This document shows positions 44,308-57,619 of a stretch of 64,000 nucleotides of DNA, piece by piece. The stretch covers positions 97,178 through 161,177 of the forward strand of contig JBNKUM010000115.1 in the NCBI GenBank assembly GCA_050298595.1. The letters run 5' to 3'. The stretch comes from Gammaproteobacteria bacterium (GTDB lineage: Bacteria; Pseudomonadota; Gammaproteobacteria; GCA-001735895). How positions within the stretch are numbered: the first letter of the stretch is position 1; every line of letters starts with the position of its first letter. Below the pieces are notes generated by a model that did no database searches, was not told the origin of the DNA, and saw only the letters and a program-made list of their open reading frames with translations. Made by a program: the position numbers and the translations under genes.

Positions 44308-45327
44308 TTAGTTACCAGATTCGAAATTGATACCAAGCAGGCCGCTTACCAGTTGCCTGATCGCCTGCCAGTCGGCCTGCAGATAGCGTAATTGTTGTCC
44401 CTTATTAATGCGGTCTAATGTAGCACAGCTTTGAATAAATCGCTCTATCTGCACATAGCTGTATCTACTCAATGCCTGGTTATACAGGTTTTGTTTACTC
44501 TTCCAGATATTCAGCGAACGCCATAAGCTGTCGTTCAATCGATTCAATTGCTGCGCCAGCTTAAGCTGTAACAGAGTCTGCAACATACTTTGCAAGGCAT
44601 ACTGAATCTGTATGGGTTGAATGCCTTCCAGTTCAAGGCCCTGCAAAATCTTTAAAGCTCGCTGTGATTTACCCGCCAGGCAGGCATCGGTGAGCAGGAA
44701 GTGGTTATATCGAGCACTGCGCGAGATGCTCTCTCGGATCATATCGAGATTGAGTTGACTGTTATCTCCAAAGGTTAAAGCCAGCTTTTCCAGCTCCTGA
44801 TCGCTAGCCAGTAGATTGCCTTCAGTTAAATCTGCTAGATACAGCGCCGCCTGATGATCCAGTTGAATGCCTTTGGTTAATGCCCGTTGCACAATCCAGC
44901 CAGCCAGTTCGTTTGCATATACCGGCTTAAGTTCGCAAACTTCACCAGCCTGGTTGATTTTTTTAAGCCATGCGCTGTTCTGGGATGCCCTGTCCAGCTT
45001 TCCCATAACGAGGATAAAAACGACATCTTCGGGAGGAGTTTCAACAATTTGAGCGATAAACTTCGAACCAGCCTGACCTGGCCCGCTACCGGAGAAACGG
45101 ATAATGTGACATTTCAGGTTACTGAATAACGACATGCTCTGGCTGTCTTCTAAAATGCTACTCCAGTCAAAACCAGCCACGACCTGATGCGTGATAATTT
45201 CTTCAAAGCCCAGCCGTTGCAGGCTTTTACGCGCCTCATCCAGCCAGTCCCTTAGCAATAAAGGCTCGTCACTGGAAAGCAGGTATAAAGGCCGGGGAGA
45301 TGATTTGAGTGATTGTGGAAAATTCAT
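44308..45327 (-). CDS. holA: DNA polymerase III delta subunit
   Basis: [32 protein letters not shown]; nadD/lptE neighbourhood. Confidence 0.92.
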   Translation of the reverse strand: MNFPQSLKSSPRPLYLLSSDEPLLLRDWLDEARKSLQRLGFEEIITHQVVAGFDWSSILEDSQSMSLFSNLKCHIIRFSGSGPGQAGSKFIAQIVETPPEDVVFILVMGKLDRASQNSAWLKKINQAGEVCELKPVYANELAGWIVQRALTKGIQLDHQAALYLADLTEGNLLASDQELEKLALTFGDNSQLNLDMIRESISRSARYNHFLLTDACLAGKSQRALKILQGLELEGIQPIQIQYALQSMLQTLLQLKLAQQLNRLNDSLWRSLNIWKSKQNLYNQALSRYSYVQIERFIQSCATLDRINKGQQLRYLQADWQAIRQLVSGLLGINFESGN

Positions 45328-45395
45328 TCGGCTATTGTAATTGGCAGCTAGCTATCGCTGCAATTGACTTTAACCTGGAATCTGCAGTTGAATAG

Positions 45396-45561
45396 AAAAA
45401 AACCCTCGAATCATTCCTGACCGAGGGTTTAACCTGCTTTCATTTCATTCTGGTATATCCTGTCAGGTTTCCTTACCTGAAGCGCATCAAACACAGTCCT
45501 TATGCTCTGTTCATCCATGAGTAACGCCTTCCTTTACCTTTACCCTTATCCTTGAAGGTAT
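45396..45561 (-). ncRNA. CsrA/RsmA-sequestering sRNA candidate 1 (CsrB/RsmX/Y/Z type)
   Basis: 7 ANGGA/CAGGA motifs in ~166 nt, several in hairpin loops; TATAAT at 45573-45568; terminator AAACCCTCG..CGAGGG+T7; upstream GacA-like box. Confidence 0.85.
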
Positions 45562-45639
45562 GAATGTATTATAGTGGGTCGAGATCTTTATAAAATCAGC
45601 TATTGTTGACAGGTAAAGAGAGGATTTGCGGATGGCTTT

Positions 45640-45657
45640 TGTAAGCATTACCCTACA
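45640..45657. promoter_or_regulatory. GacA/UvrY-type upstream activating sequence
   Basis: TGTAAG-CATTAC-CCTACA, one mismatch to the established TGTAAG-N6-CTTACA GacA box; about -79 to -96 from the inferred start of sRNA 1. Confidence 0.8.
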
Positions 45658-45685
45658 AATTTATTTTGTAGCAGATTTCAGGCAT

Positions 45686-45831
45686 AAAAAAACCCTTCCC
45701 CGGTGATGAGAAAGGGTTTGTTGATGAGTATCTCAATAAAGATGAACTCTGGCTTTTCCCTTGAGCTTTCTTGCCCCCAAGAACCTGATACTAAATCAGG
45801 ATTCTTTCCTTTGCTGCTGTCCTTAGTGCAT
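45686..45831 (-). ncRNA. CsrA/RsmA-sequestering sRNA candidate 2
   Basis: 3 ANGGA motifs (45822, 45809, 45759), internal hairpin, terminator AAACCCTT..AAGGG+T7, TATTAT at 45843-45838. Confidence 0.62.
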
Positions 45832-45909
45832 GTGTGAATAATAGACAGTAACCCTGGGAAATGTAATGGCAATTGACGACAGAGAAAGAGCGACAAAGCA
45901 GATAAAAAA

Positions 45910-45927
45910 CATCAGTTTTTTCCTACA
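45910..45927. promoter_or_regulatory. Degenerate GacA-type box for sRNA 2
   Basis: Minus strand TGTAGG-AAAAAA-CTGATG; same TGTAGG half-site and same 84-bp offset to the -10 as the sRNA 1 promoter. Confidence 0.55.
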
Positions 45928-45943
45928 AGGGGGGGACTGCTCC

Positions 45944-47152
45944 CTATATGTCACGCAAACCATCAGATGGTTCGATACGCGAAGCCCTGATTCCACCTAA
46001 TATCGCAGCCCCTGCTGCAACCGTCAGCGTAAGCCCCAGAGCCCAGAAAAAGTGTTCGGGTAATAGATAACAGATTACGCGATCTATTTTAAGATTGGGT
46101 GCCAGAATCTGGTTTATTGTCTGCTCAGCCGTCAGATATATCAGCACCGCAAGTAACCAGCCAAGAAATCCGGTATAGAGTGCCTGCAGCACTGGAAACA
46201 ATATTATTTTACCACCCTGAAAACCCACCAGGCGCAGGATACTCAATTCCTTTTGCTTGCGATCTACATTTGCCCACAAACTCGCTCCTAATGAGAAAGA
46301 AAAACCCACCGCCCCCACCGAGGCGATGATCCAGAATATAATGGTCAGGTTATGATTAATGGATTGCACACTGAGTATCTGCTCAATATTGGCCTTGATA
46401 TTCACACCCTGTTGCTCCATTTCTGTCACCAACGGAACCACTTGATAGATCGTGTGCGCATACATTCTAAACGAGGGATATTCCCGCTGCTCAGGTTCCC
46501 TATCCCCCTTCCAGCCTAGCGCTACAACCTCACGACCATCCTTGAAACTTTCTGTGGCCAGCAGTAAATCCAGACTGACAAAAGCGACTTTACGGTTAAT
46601 CGTTCGCTCAGGCACAATATCTATCACCTGTAAATCCAGATGAACTCGTTCGCGCTTGCCTCTAAACTGACGGGCCAGACTGGCGTTGATTTTTTCGCCT
46701 TTTTTTGCATTCAGCTTATTCGCAATGCTTTCACTGAGCACAACCTGATAATAGCCCTGAGGCTTGTTCTCCAGACCCTTGAGTAATGGATCACCTGTAT
46801 CAGTCGCTAGCATCTCTGTAGAAAAAATCCGACCTACATTATCACTTTTTAACTGAATGGTAGCAGCCAATGCGCGGGTCTTGGGAATAATAAAGGCGAC
46901 ATCTTCTCGAGCACCATAGGTTTTAAACCACTCGTCGTCGTAGCGACCGCTGCCAACAGCTCGAATCTCACGATTATGCGGGTCTTCGATCAATTCGTTG
47001 ATCATAGAAGTGACGATGCCAAACTTTAACCCAAACAGAATCATCATGGGCGCCAGAACCGAGGCCAGCGCAAGGATAAAGCATCCACTCATGCGCCACT
47101 CGTGGCTATAATCGCGAAAACTCAGGGTTAGTATATTTCTGAACTGGCTCAT
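45944..47152 (-). CDS. ABC permease, FtsX/LolE/MacB-type (TagS-like)
   Basis: LAPMMILFGLKFG N-terminal TM, large periplasmic domain, NVDRKQKELSILRLVG, C-terminal TMs. Confidence 0.85.
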   Translation of the reverse strand: MSQFRNILTLSFRDYSHEWRMSGCFILALASVLAPMMILFGLKFGIVTSMINELIEDPHNREIRAVGSGRYDDEWFKTYGAREDVAFIIPKTRALAATIQLKSDNVGRIFSTEMLATDTGDPLLKGLENKPQGYYQVVLSESIANKLNAKKGEKINASLARQFRGKRERVHLDLQVIDIVPERTINRKVAFVSLDLLLATESFKDGREVVALGWKGDREPEQREYPSFRMYAHTIYQVVPLVTEMEQQGVNIKANIEQILSVQSINHNLTIIFWIIASVGAVGFSFSLGASLWANVDRKQKELSILRLVGFQGGKIILFPVLQALYTGFLGWLLAVLIYLTAEQTINQILAPNLKIDRVICYLLPEHFFWALGLTLTVAAGAAILGGIRASRIEPSDGLRDI

Positions 47153-47174
47153 ATTAGTGTTTACAGGCCCTTAA

Positions 47175-47900
47175 TTAATCGCGAAAAGTCGATTGGTAGA
47201 CATTGCCATTATCCAGCACCTCAGCCTCCTGGTGCAGGCTGCGCAAATCCATTTTATACACATGCGCCCAGTCATGACTGGCGGTAATCATGGTAATTTT
47301 CAACCCCTTTACCAGTTCCATCACCACGGCCATGATTTTTCTGGCCGTAATGGGATCTAGCGAAGCGGTGGGCTCATCGGCTAGTAATATGGATGGACGA
47401 TGTGCCAGTGCCCGTGTAAACGCCACGCGTTGACGTTCTCCTGCGGAAAGCAGTCCTGGTAATTTATCCAGCTGGCGATGGATACCCATAACACGCGCCA
47501 TCGAACGCGTTGAATCATCCTCCGGTAGATTCATCAGCTTACGTGGCAATTCGATATTTTCCCGCACGGTTAAATAGGGCAATAACCCGCCCTGCTGTAA
47601 TACATAACCAATATGCTGCTTACGCAGTTGAGACAGCTGATTTTGTTTCTTGCGTTGCCAGAGTGCATCTACAGGATGCTTTTCATTCTCACCCGGCGTC
47701 AGCATAAACTCATCGCTGGAATCAGGACGTAATGCCAGTGCCAGCATATCCAGCAAGGTACTTTTACCGCAGCCACTATGCCCTACCAGGGCGATATTTT
47801 CCTGAGCCTTTATTTTTAGATCAGGTATAACAAGGCGAAATCCTGTGCCGTCAACAAGACGGGATTTCACTACATTTTTGAGTGAATAAATAACAGACAT
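47175..47900 (-). CDS. ABC ATPase, LolD-like (TagT-like)
   Basis: GHSGCGKSTLLD, GYVLQQGGLLPYL, LSAGERQRVA, LADEPTASLD. Confidence 0.9.
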   Translation of the reverse strand: MSVIYSLKNVVKSRLVDGTGFRLVIPDLKIKAQENIALVGHSGCGKSTLLDMLALALRPDSSDEFMLTPGENEKHPVDALWQRKKQNQLSQLRKQHIGYVLQQGGLLPYLTVRENIELPRKLMNLPEDDSTRSMARVMGIHRQLDKLPGLLSAGERQRVAFTRALAHRPSILLADEPTASLDPITARKIMAVVMELVKGLKITMITASHDWAHVYKMDLRSLHQEAEVLDNGNVYQSTFRD

Positions 47901-47920
47901 ATAACTCAGGGAATTCTAGA

Positions 47921-49951
47921 TCAGGGCAACAGGTCAAGTACAACAGGGAAGACAGAGTTACCATTCACCGCACCACCACCAGGAGTTACCCACAGGTCAG
48001 TATGGTCGTGTAGAGCCTGATAGTAATTAATCTTGCTTTCCAGTCTATGCATGAACTCGATCTGCTCTTTGGCGGACCATTCCTGCCAGCTCGCCAGACT
48101 CAGGTTCATCACTTCACCGGTATAGGGTAGATCGTCGATATATTCACGCATATAGCCCATATCGGCCAGATTACCACCAGTCTGTGAGGTTCTATTGGCT
48201 ACCGAAGCTGGGTCACGACTTACTGATGCAGCCAGACTTTTCAAATCATTTAAGAATCCAGCTGGTGTCAACACACCCTCTTCTGCCAGATCCAGTACCT
48301 TTTGCAATACGCTTTTTAAATCAGATAACTGATCACGAGTTAACAGCACCCTGACATCTACTGTCGACTTTTGTGGATCGGTGAAATCTCGATCTACCAT
48401 CCAGGCATCGAAAACCTTGGGTAAGGGTTGGCCATTTTCTTTCTGCAAGTAGCGTAAACGTAAAGCATTTCCTAATTTTGCAACCCGGCCCTGTAATTGT
48501 GCCAGCTGAGGAGTTACGGGTGCTGGGGTTGGAGTTGCCTGCGCCGGTTGCTGTGCCTGTTGTTGCTGTTCGGGTATTGGTAAAGGTAACACCCCATTCA
48601 CGGTTGCCAGAACCTGCTGGGTAATCTGATTCGCCAGAACTTCTAGCACATTACCGAACTCATCCACCTTGCCGAGCTCCACGCCGTAATAAAAATCACC
48701 AATGCCTGGATAGTAGGAAAGTTGTTTGTATAGTTTCTCAGCTCTTGGGTGATTGGCCGCTGGGGAATCGGAACGTAGGTGCAGCACCCAGATTGATATA
48801 CCCTTATCATAAGCCAGTTGACGTAAAGCCTTGGCGCTCAGGCCCGTCGCCCCCAGTGAGTCATCACTTTCACGCGGGCCTGCATCGGTAATCAGAACAA
48901 CGTAGCGGGCGTCGAAATCATCCCAGCTGGTATTTTCAATCGCTGCACGAATACCTGCATAGGCATCTTCACGATAATCTCGACTTGATATAGATGAAGG
49001 TTCCAGGGTATTAACTCGTTCGAAGAAAGTATCAGCATTGGTACCCTGTTTCAGGTTAACGTAGGTGCGTGTTAGATAATCCAGTTCTGGGACCTGTTCG
49101 ACATTATCGCGAAACGCGGTTAAGCCGAAGCTAACCTGATTATTAAGACCCTGACGCGCAATAGAGTTATACACTTTACGCACTGCTTCACGCGTACGAT
49201 CAATATAGGGTCCCATTGATATCGTGGAATCTATGACAAAATGTATACCGCTGCGATAGTTACGCTGCTCGTTTGTAGCCGCAGCAGTTAGTACAGCATT
49301 GCTGTCTTTTTTTGACGATTGAGTGGATGGTTTTTCATTTACCACTTCATTTTGGCCACCTAAAGGGACACTGGCAATTTGTAGCATTCGCGCCTGCTCG
49401 TTACCCAAATACACATCTTCGTGTTGCTTGATCGGTACCAGATAGAAATTATTGCGGATATCTATGTGTCCTTCTGGTTGAATCGCAATAACCGGATTAT
49501 TGGCCAGCTTTTCGTCATTCACTACTGCCTGATAAAGTCGTGCATAGGCTTCCTGATCGTTATCATCAATCAGCTTCTGCAGGGAATCATGCTCTCCAAA
49601 CATCATTACCCGCTGAGTATCCTGCGGATCTTTAAAGGAAACGGTTAACGCCTGATTCCATACAATAGTTTGCGACTCGGGAATCCATCCTGAAATTCGC
49701 CCAAAACTGTCATGACCTATCTTGAGCCAGTTGCTTTCACGCTGGTAAACATAGAAGACACTGAATGGAACGAGCGTTTCACCTGCTGAAGTCATGTCGG
49801 GTTGCTGATAGAGCCTGGCATCAGGAATAGTCAACACACGTTGAAACAGTGTTTTTTTACCATCCATCAACAGGGGCTTTTCTAGCGCCCAGAGTTGAGT
49901 CGTCAATAGTGTTAATACAATTAACAACAGGCGAGACACGACTGGTTTCAT
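47921..49951 (-). CDS. Exported vWA-domain protein resembling the periplasmic part of T6SS kinase PpkA, without a kinase domain
   Basis: True start likely ATG 49951 (MKPVVSRLL, signal peptide), 676 aa; KPLLMDGKKTLFQRVL, MIDAS FVIDSTISMGPYI, VLITDAG, VRVLLTRDQLSDL, C-terminal VLDLLP. Confidence 0.8.
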   Translation of the reverse strand: MKPVVSRLLLIVLTLLTTQLWALEKPLLMDGKKTLFQRVLTIPDARLYQQPDMTSAGETLVPFSVFYVYQRESNWLKIGHDSFGRISGWIPESQTIVWNQALTVSFKDPQDTQRVMMFGEHDSLQKLIDDNDQEAYARLYQAVVNDEKLANNPVIAIQPEGHIDIRNNFYLVPIKQHEDVYLGNEQARMLQIASVPLGGQNEVVNEKPSTQSSKKDSNAVLTAAATNEQRNYRSGIHFVIDSTISMGPYIDRTREAVRKVYNSIARQGLNNQVSFGLTAFRDNVEQVPELDYLTRTYVNLKQGTNADTFFERVNTLEPSSISSRDYREDAYAGIRAAIENTSWDDFDARYVVLITDAGPRESDDSLGATGLSAKALRQLAYDKGISIWVLHLRSDSPAANHPRAEKLYKQLSYYPGIGDFYYGVELGKVDEFGNVLEVLANQITQQVLATVNGVLPLPIPEQQQQAQQPAQATPTPAPVTPQLAQLQGRVAKLGNALRLRYLQKENGQPLPKVFDAWMVDRDFTDPQKSTVDVRVLLTRDQLSDLKSVLQKVLDLAEEGVLTPAGFLNDLKSLAASVSRDPASVANRTSQTGGNLADMGYMREYIDDLPYTGEVMNLSLASWQEWSAKEQIEFMHRLESKINYYQALHDHTDLWVTPGGGAVNGNSVFPVVLDLLP

Positions 49952-49964
49952 AAACAGATCCGGA

Positions 49965-50558
49965 TTAATTAAAGTTGAGTAATAACTGTTGAGCGGCAGT
50001 GTTGCCATACCTGGCCTCGTCTTTTGCCCATTGACCCAGGTTCTCAAGGCGAGCCCTGGCAGGTTCGAAACCTTTTTCCAGAGATTGTGAGTACCATTTG
50101 TAGGCCTGCACCGCATCCGCCTGATCCAGCAGGTTATCTTCTGCACGGAACAGGGTTGGATCACTCATTTCAGCCATCACCATCATGGCGTCCACATCGC
50201 CTTCTCTAGCTGCGAAGAAATACATCAGGTGCGCGTCAGCCAGACTCCCTTCACTGGTATATAGTGCCGCTTTAGCCATCACTTCGTCTAAGGGGTAAGG
50301 CTTACCCTGCTTGCGTAACTGGCTAATATATTCTCTAGCGCGCATACCGGCAGGCACTAGTTCTTCTCGATTGATCTGACCTTCTTCCATCTGTGCAGCA
50401 TTGTTTTCAGGCGCATCATCAGTGGTGGCCTGTTGGGGGGCGATATTGCCGCGTCCAGAGGCGATGAAGATATAGATAATAAGCCCGATTACGATAAGCG
50501 AAACCCACAGCAGGGGATTTTTAGTGGATTTATTATGTGCTTTTTCTGCTTGTGCCAT
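49965..50558 (-). CDS. Membrane-anchored Sel1-like repeat protein
   Basis: N-terminal TM; AAREGDVDAM, DAVQAYKWYSQSLEKG, ARYGNTAAQQLL Sel1-like helices. Confidence 0.75.
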   Translation of the reverse strand: MAQAEKAHNKSTKNPLLWVSLIVIGLIIYIFIASGRGNIAPQQATTDDAPENNAAQMEEGQINREELVPAGMRAREYISQLRKQGKPYPLDEVMAKAALYTSEGSLADAHLMYFFAAREGDVDAMMVMAEMSDPTLFRAEDNLLDQADAVQAYKWYSQSLEKGFEPARARLENLGQWAKDEARYGNTAAQQLLLNFN

Positions 50559-50650
50559 ACAGTCTGTATTGTGGTTCAGATTGAGTCAGGACGCAGTATC
50601 CTGCATCACATGAATAATTTTGGCAAGCACTGAGGTCAGCTGAATGCCAT

Positions 50651-50684
50651 CCAGGGCCTGTTAACACGTGTTAACAGGCCCTGG
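50651..50684. repeat. Perfect 34-bp palindrome
   Basis: CCAGGGCCTGTTAACACGTGTTAACAGGCCCTGG equals its own reverse complement. Confidence 0.95.
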
Positions 50685-50691
50685 TAAAAGG

Positions 50692-51174
50692 CTATTTCTG
50701 TAATCGATATATCATTGAACGGATCAGGCCTCTTTCCAGCTCAACAATTGCTGCATTGATGCTGTCCTGCTGCGACAGTACATTATCAGAATCAAGCTCT
50801 AACGTCCTGTTCTGGGTCAACTTCTGAGATTCTATAAGTAGATTACCCTGTGCATCCAGCACACTGAATTTCAACTGCATAGAGAGTTGCACCAGCTCAA
50901 CATTGGCACTACTGGAAGTAGTCAATTTGCTGTCACTCAATCGGGTAAAACTAACCCTTAAACGCGGCGCATCCTGTGCTTCAGTGAGTGTAGCTGCTGC
51001 ATTGCTCAGGGCAGATCTCAGTTGTCGCCATTGTTGATTACTTAACTGCTCCTGCTGAACATTCAGTGGGTTATAACGCTCAGCGATCTTACTGCTACCA
51101 CGCAGATGAAAACCACAGGCAGAGAGCATGCCTGCACAGAGAAATAATATGATCAGCCTGTGAATTTGAGCCAT
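50692..51174 (-). CDS. lptE: LPS assembly lipoprotein LptE
   Basis: Lipobox LSACGFHLRG; directly downstream of leuS. Confidence 0.92.
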   Translation of the reverse strand: MAQIHRLIILFLCAGMLSACGFHLRGSSKIAERYNPLNVQQEQLSNQQWRQLRSALSNAAATLTEAQDAPRLRVSFTRLSDSKLTTSSSANVELVQLSMQLKFSVLDAQGNLLIESQKLTQNRTLELDSDNVLSQQDSINAAIVELERGLIRSMIYRLQK

Positions 51175-51178
51175 CACC

Positions 51179-55187
<4,009 letters not shown>

Positions 55188-55190
55188 CAA

Positions 55191-56048
55191 TCAGACATTA
55201 ATCTGGGTAGCGTCCAGATTGTTATCAATCACCTGATACAGATGAACCTGGCGGCTGTCGGCACTGAGTACACGAAAGGTGAACTGCTCAATATCGATAC
55301 TCTCACCGCGCGTAGGCAGATGACCAATATGACCTAACAGGTAACCACCGATAGTTTCAACATCGTCATTCACAAACTCAGTCTTGAAATATTCATTGAA
55401 GTCATCTAGCGGTGTTAATGCACGCACGCTAAATCGATTAGAACCGTGTTGTTTGATATCGACTTCATCTTCTTCGTCGTGTTCATCATCGATCTTACCC
55501 ACAATCTGCTCCAGCACGTCTTCAATAGTGACCAGCCCGGAGACACCACCATATTCATCGACAATCATCGCCATATGGCTTCGACTCACTCGAAACTCTT
55601 TCAGCAATACGCTTAGGCGTTTGCTTTCAGGGATAAAGGTGGCGGGACGGATGTAATCATTGATTTCAAAGGATTGATCGCTGTTCTGTGAGATCTGCAG
55701 TAAATCTTTCGCCAGCAGGATACCGACGACATCGTCTTTATCATCATCAATGACTGGAAAGCGCGAGTGCCCCGATTCATTGATTTCCTTGATAATGTCA
55801 CTTAACGAACTGGAATGATCTAGTACCGTCATGCGACCTCTGGGAATCATGATATCGCGCACTTGCATGTCAGAGACCTGCAGCACGCCTTCAATCATGA
55901 ATAACTCATCAACGCCGATGATATGATGCTGGTGAAAATCTCGAAGCAATTCTATGAGCTGCTCCTGGCTCTCGGGGTCTGAGGAAAAAACGCCGATTAA
56001 GCGTTCAAACCACCCCTTCGTCGATCCACTTGTGTCGGCGTCAGCCAT
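55191..56048 (-). CDS. corC: CorC/YbeX CBS-domain protein
   Basis: VRDIMIPR, SGHSRFPV, VDEYGGVSGLVTIEDVLEQIVG. Confidence 0.94.
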   Translation of the reverse strand: MADADTSGSTKGWFERLIGVFSSDPESQEQLIELLRDFHQHHIIGVDELFMIEGVLQVSDMQVRDIMIPRGRMTVLDHSSSLSDIIKEINESGHSRFPVIDDDKDDVVGILLAKDLLQISQNSDQSFEINDYIRPATFIPESKRLSVLLKEFRVSRSHMAMIVDEYGGVSGLVTIEDVLEQIVGKIDDEHDEEDEVDIKQHGSNRFSVRALTPLDDFNEYFKTEFVNDDVETIGGYLLGHIGHLPTRGESIDIEQFTFRVLSADSRQVHLYQVIDNNLDATQINV

Positions 56049-56066
56049 TTATCTCTCTGATGTTTA

Positions 56067-56229
56067 ACCCGGAAATTTCATGAATCTGCGCAAAAATCGC
56101 GCAGGATATTGGTTTCACAAGGAAATATCCGAAGGAATCCCGTATCGGTGATTACGGGTGACTGAGGATATATTCCTTGTGGAATCAATAGACCAGTGAG
56201 ATTGTACATGATTTATGAATTTTCCGGGT
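56067..56229. mobile_element. MITE-like imperfect inverted-repeat element (~163 bp)
   Basis: Terminal arms ACCCGGAAATTTCATGAATC / GATTTATGAATTTTCCGGGT, nested internal arms, no ORF; abuts the ybeY stop. Confidence 0.65.
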
Positions 56230-56687
56230 CATGGATTATTACTGGAATAGGGATTAGTTTGGCCTAGAGTGGCGAGAATTTCAATCTCCAGTGACTCCAT
56301 TTCTTCAGCCTGTTCATCGGTGATATGATCGTAGCCCTGCAAATGCAGCATGCCATGCACCACCATATGCGCCCAATGGGCAGATAATGCTTTACCCTGC
56401 TGCTCTGCTTCTCGCTCTACAACATTGGCACAGATAACAAGATCGCCCAGGTTATCGTAATCCAGGTACTCGCTTGCTTCGGCCGGAAAAGACAGCACAT
56501 TGGTGGCTTTATCCTGTGCGCGATAATCACGGTTGAGGGTGCGACTTTCCTGTTCATCGACAATACGGATGCTTTGCTCAAGATTGGCATAGGGCTGTTG
56601 CAACGAAGCCTCTACCCACTTCTGGAATAACGACTGATCAGGCACATTTGTGATGCCTTCGTCATTTTGCAGATCAATCTCTATCAT
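56229..56687 (-). CDS. ybeY: rRNA maturation RNase YbeY
   Basis: [27 protein letters not shown]. Confidence 0.97.
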   Translation of the reverse strand: MIEIDLQNDEGITNVPDQSLFQKWVEASLQQPYANLEQSIRIVDEQESRTLNRDYRAQDKATNVLSFPAEASEYLDYDNLGDLVICANVVEREAEQQGKALSAHWAHMVVHGMLHLQGYDHITDEQAEEMESLEIEILATLGQTNPYSSNNP

Positions 56688-57619
56688 TACCGGGATTCGA
56701 AATCTTCGTAGGCCTGGACAATATTCTGCACCAATGGGTGGCGCACTACATCTCGTGCAGAAAAATGACTAAAACCAATACCTTCTACATTATGCAAAAT
56801 ATCAAGCACCTGTCTGAGCCCCGATGACTGGTGTGAGGGCAGATCGGTCTGGGTAATATCTCCGGTAATCACCGCACGCGAGCCAAAACCGACACGGGTC
56901 AGGAACATCTTCATCTGTTGAGGTGTCGTGTTCTGGGCTTCATCCAGTATCACGAAGGAATTGTTTAGAGTGCGTCCACGCATATAAGCCAAGGGAGCAA
57001 CCTCTATGACATGACGGGCAATCAGTTTCTCCACCTTATCAAAACCCAGCATCTCATACAGCGCATCGTAGACGGGACGCAGGTAAGGATCGACCTTCTG
57101 CGCCAGGTCACCGGGTAGAAAGCCCAGCTTTTCACCCGCCTCGACAGCGGGTCTGGTCAGCACCAGTCGTGTCACGGTCTCCTGTTCTAGCGCTTCTACC
57201 GCTTTCGCAACCGCCAGATAGGTTTTTCCGGTTCCGGCAGGGCCGATACCAAAATTGACATCATATTTTTCGATGGACTCGAGATATTCATTCTGGTGTT
57301 GGGATTTGGGGAAAATCTGGGTTTTACGTAACTTGACGATCTGCTTCAGATCTTCAGGTTTTTGATCATTTTTATACATCATCAAAAGTTCCGATACTTT
57401 ACGCTCGGTGAGAATCCCTTTCCTGGCATGTTGAATAAAGGACTCAAGACAGGCAGAAGCACGACTGACATTCAATGGTTCACCATCAATAAGCAGCTCA
57501 TCATTTTGATGACGGCATTTGATATCAAACCAGATTTCAAGATCTTTGATATGTTTTTGAAATTCGCCGAACAGGCTGGCGCGTTGATCGGTATTCAGTT
57601 CAGAGATATTAATGTTCAG
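56687..57619 (-). CDS. ybeZ: PhoH-family ATPase (YbeZ), probable CTG start
   Basis: [30 protein letters not shown]; frame stays open 48 codons above the TTG at 57475, giving [20 protein letters not shown]. Confidence 0.9.
   Translation of the reverse strand: MNINISELNTDQRASLFGEFQKHIKDLEIWFDIKCRHQNDELLIDGEPLNVSRASACLESFIQHARKGILTERKVSELLMMYKNDQKPEDLKQIVKLRKTQIFPKSQHQNEYLESIEKYDVNFGIGPAGTGKTYLAVAKAVEALEQETVTRLVLTRPAVEAGEKLGFLPGDLAQKVDPYLRPVYDALYEMLGFDKVEKLIARHVIEVAPLAYMRGRTLNNSFVILDEAQNTTPQQMKMFLTRVGFGSRAVITGDITQTDLPSHQSSGLRQVLDILHNVEGIGFSHFSARDVVRHPLVQNIVQAYEDFESR

Noticed and set aside
45678-45896. 72-aa minus-strand ORF in the holA-permease gap
   Set aside because: It runs through a -10 element and a terminator and has no recognisable protein features; the region is better explained as sRNA 2
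49952-50164. 71-aa N-terminal extension of the vWA ORF in the ORF track
   Set aside because: It overlaps the Sel1 gene in another frame; a clean signal peptide starts at ATG 49951
56687-57619. phoH as a truncated pseudogene
   Set aside because: No stop or frameshift in the missing N-terminal region; a CTG start with SD explains it
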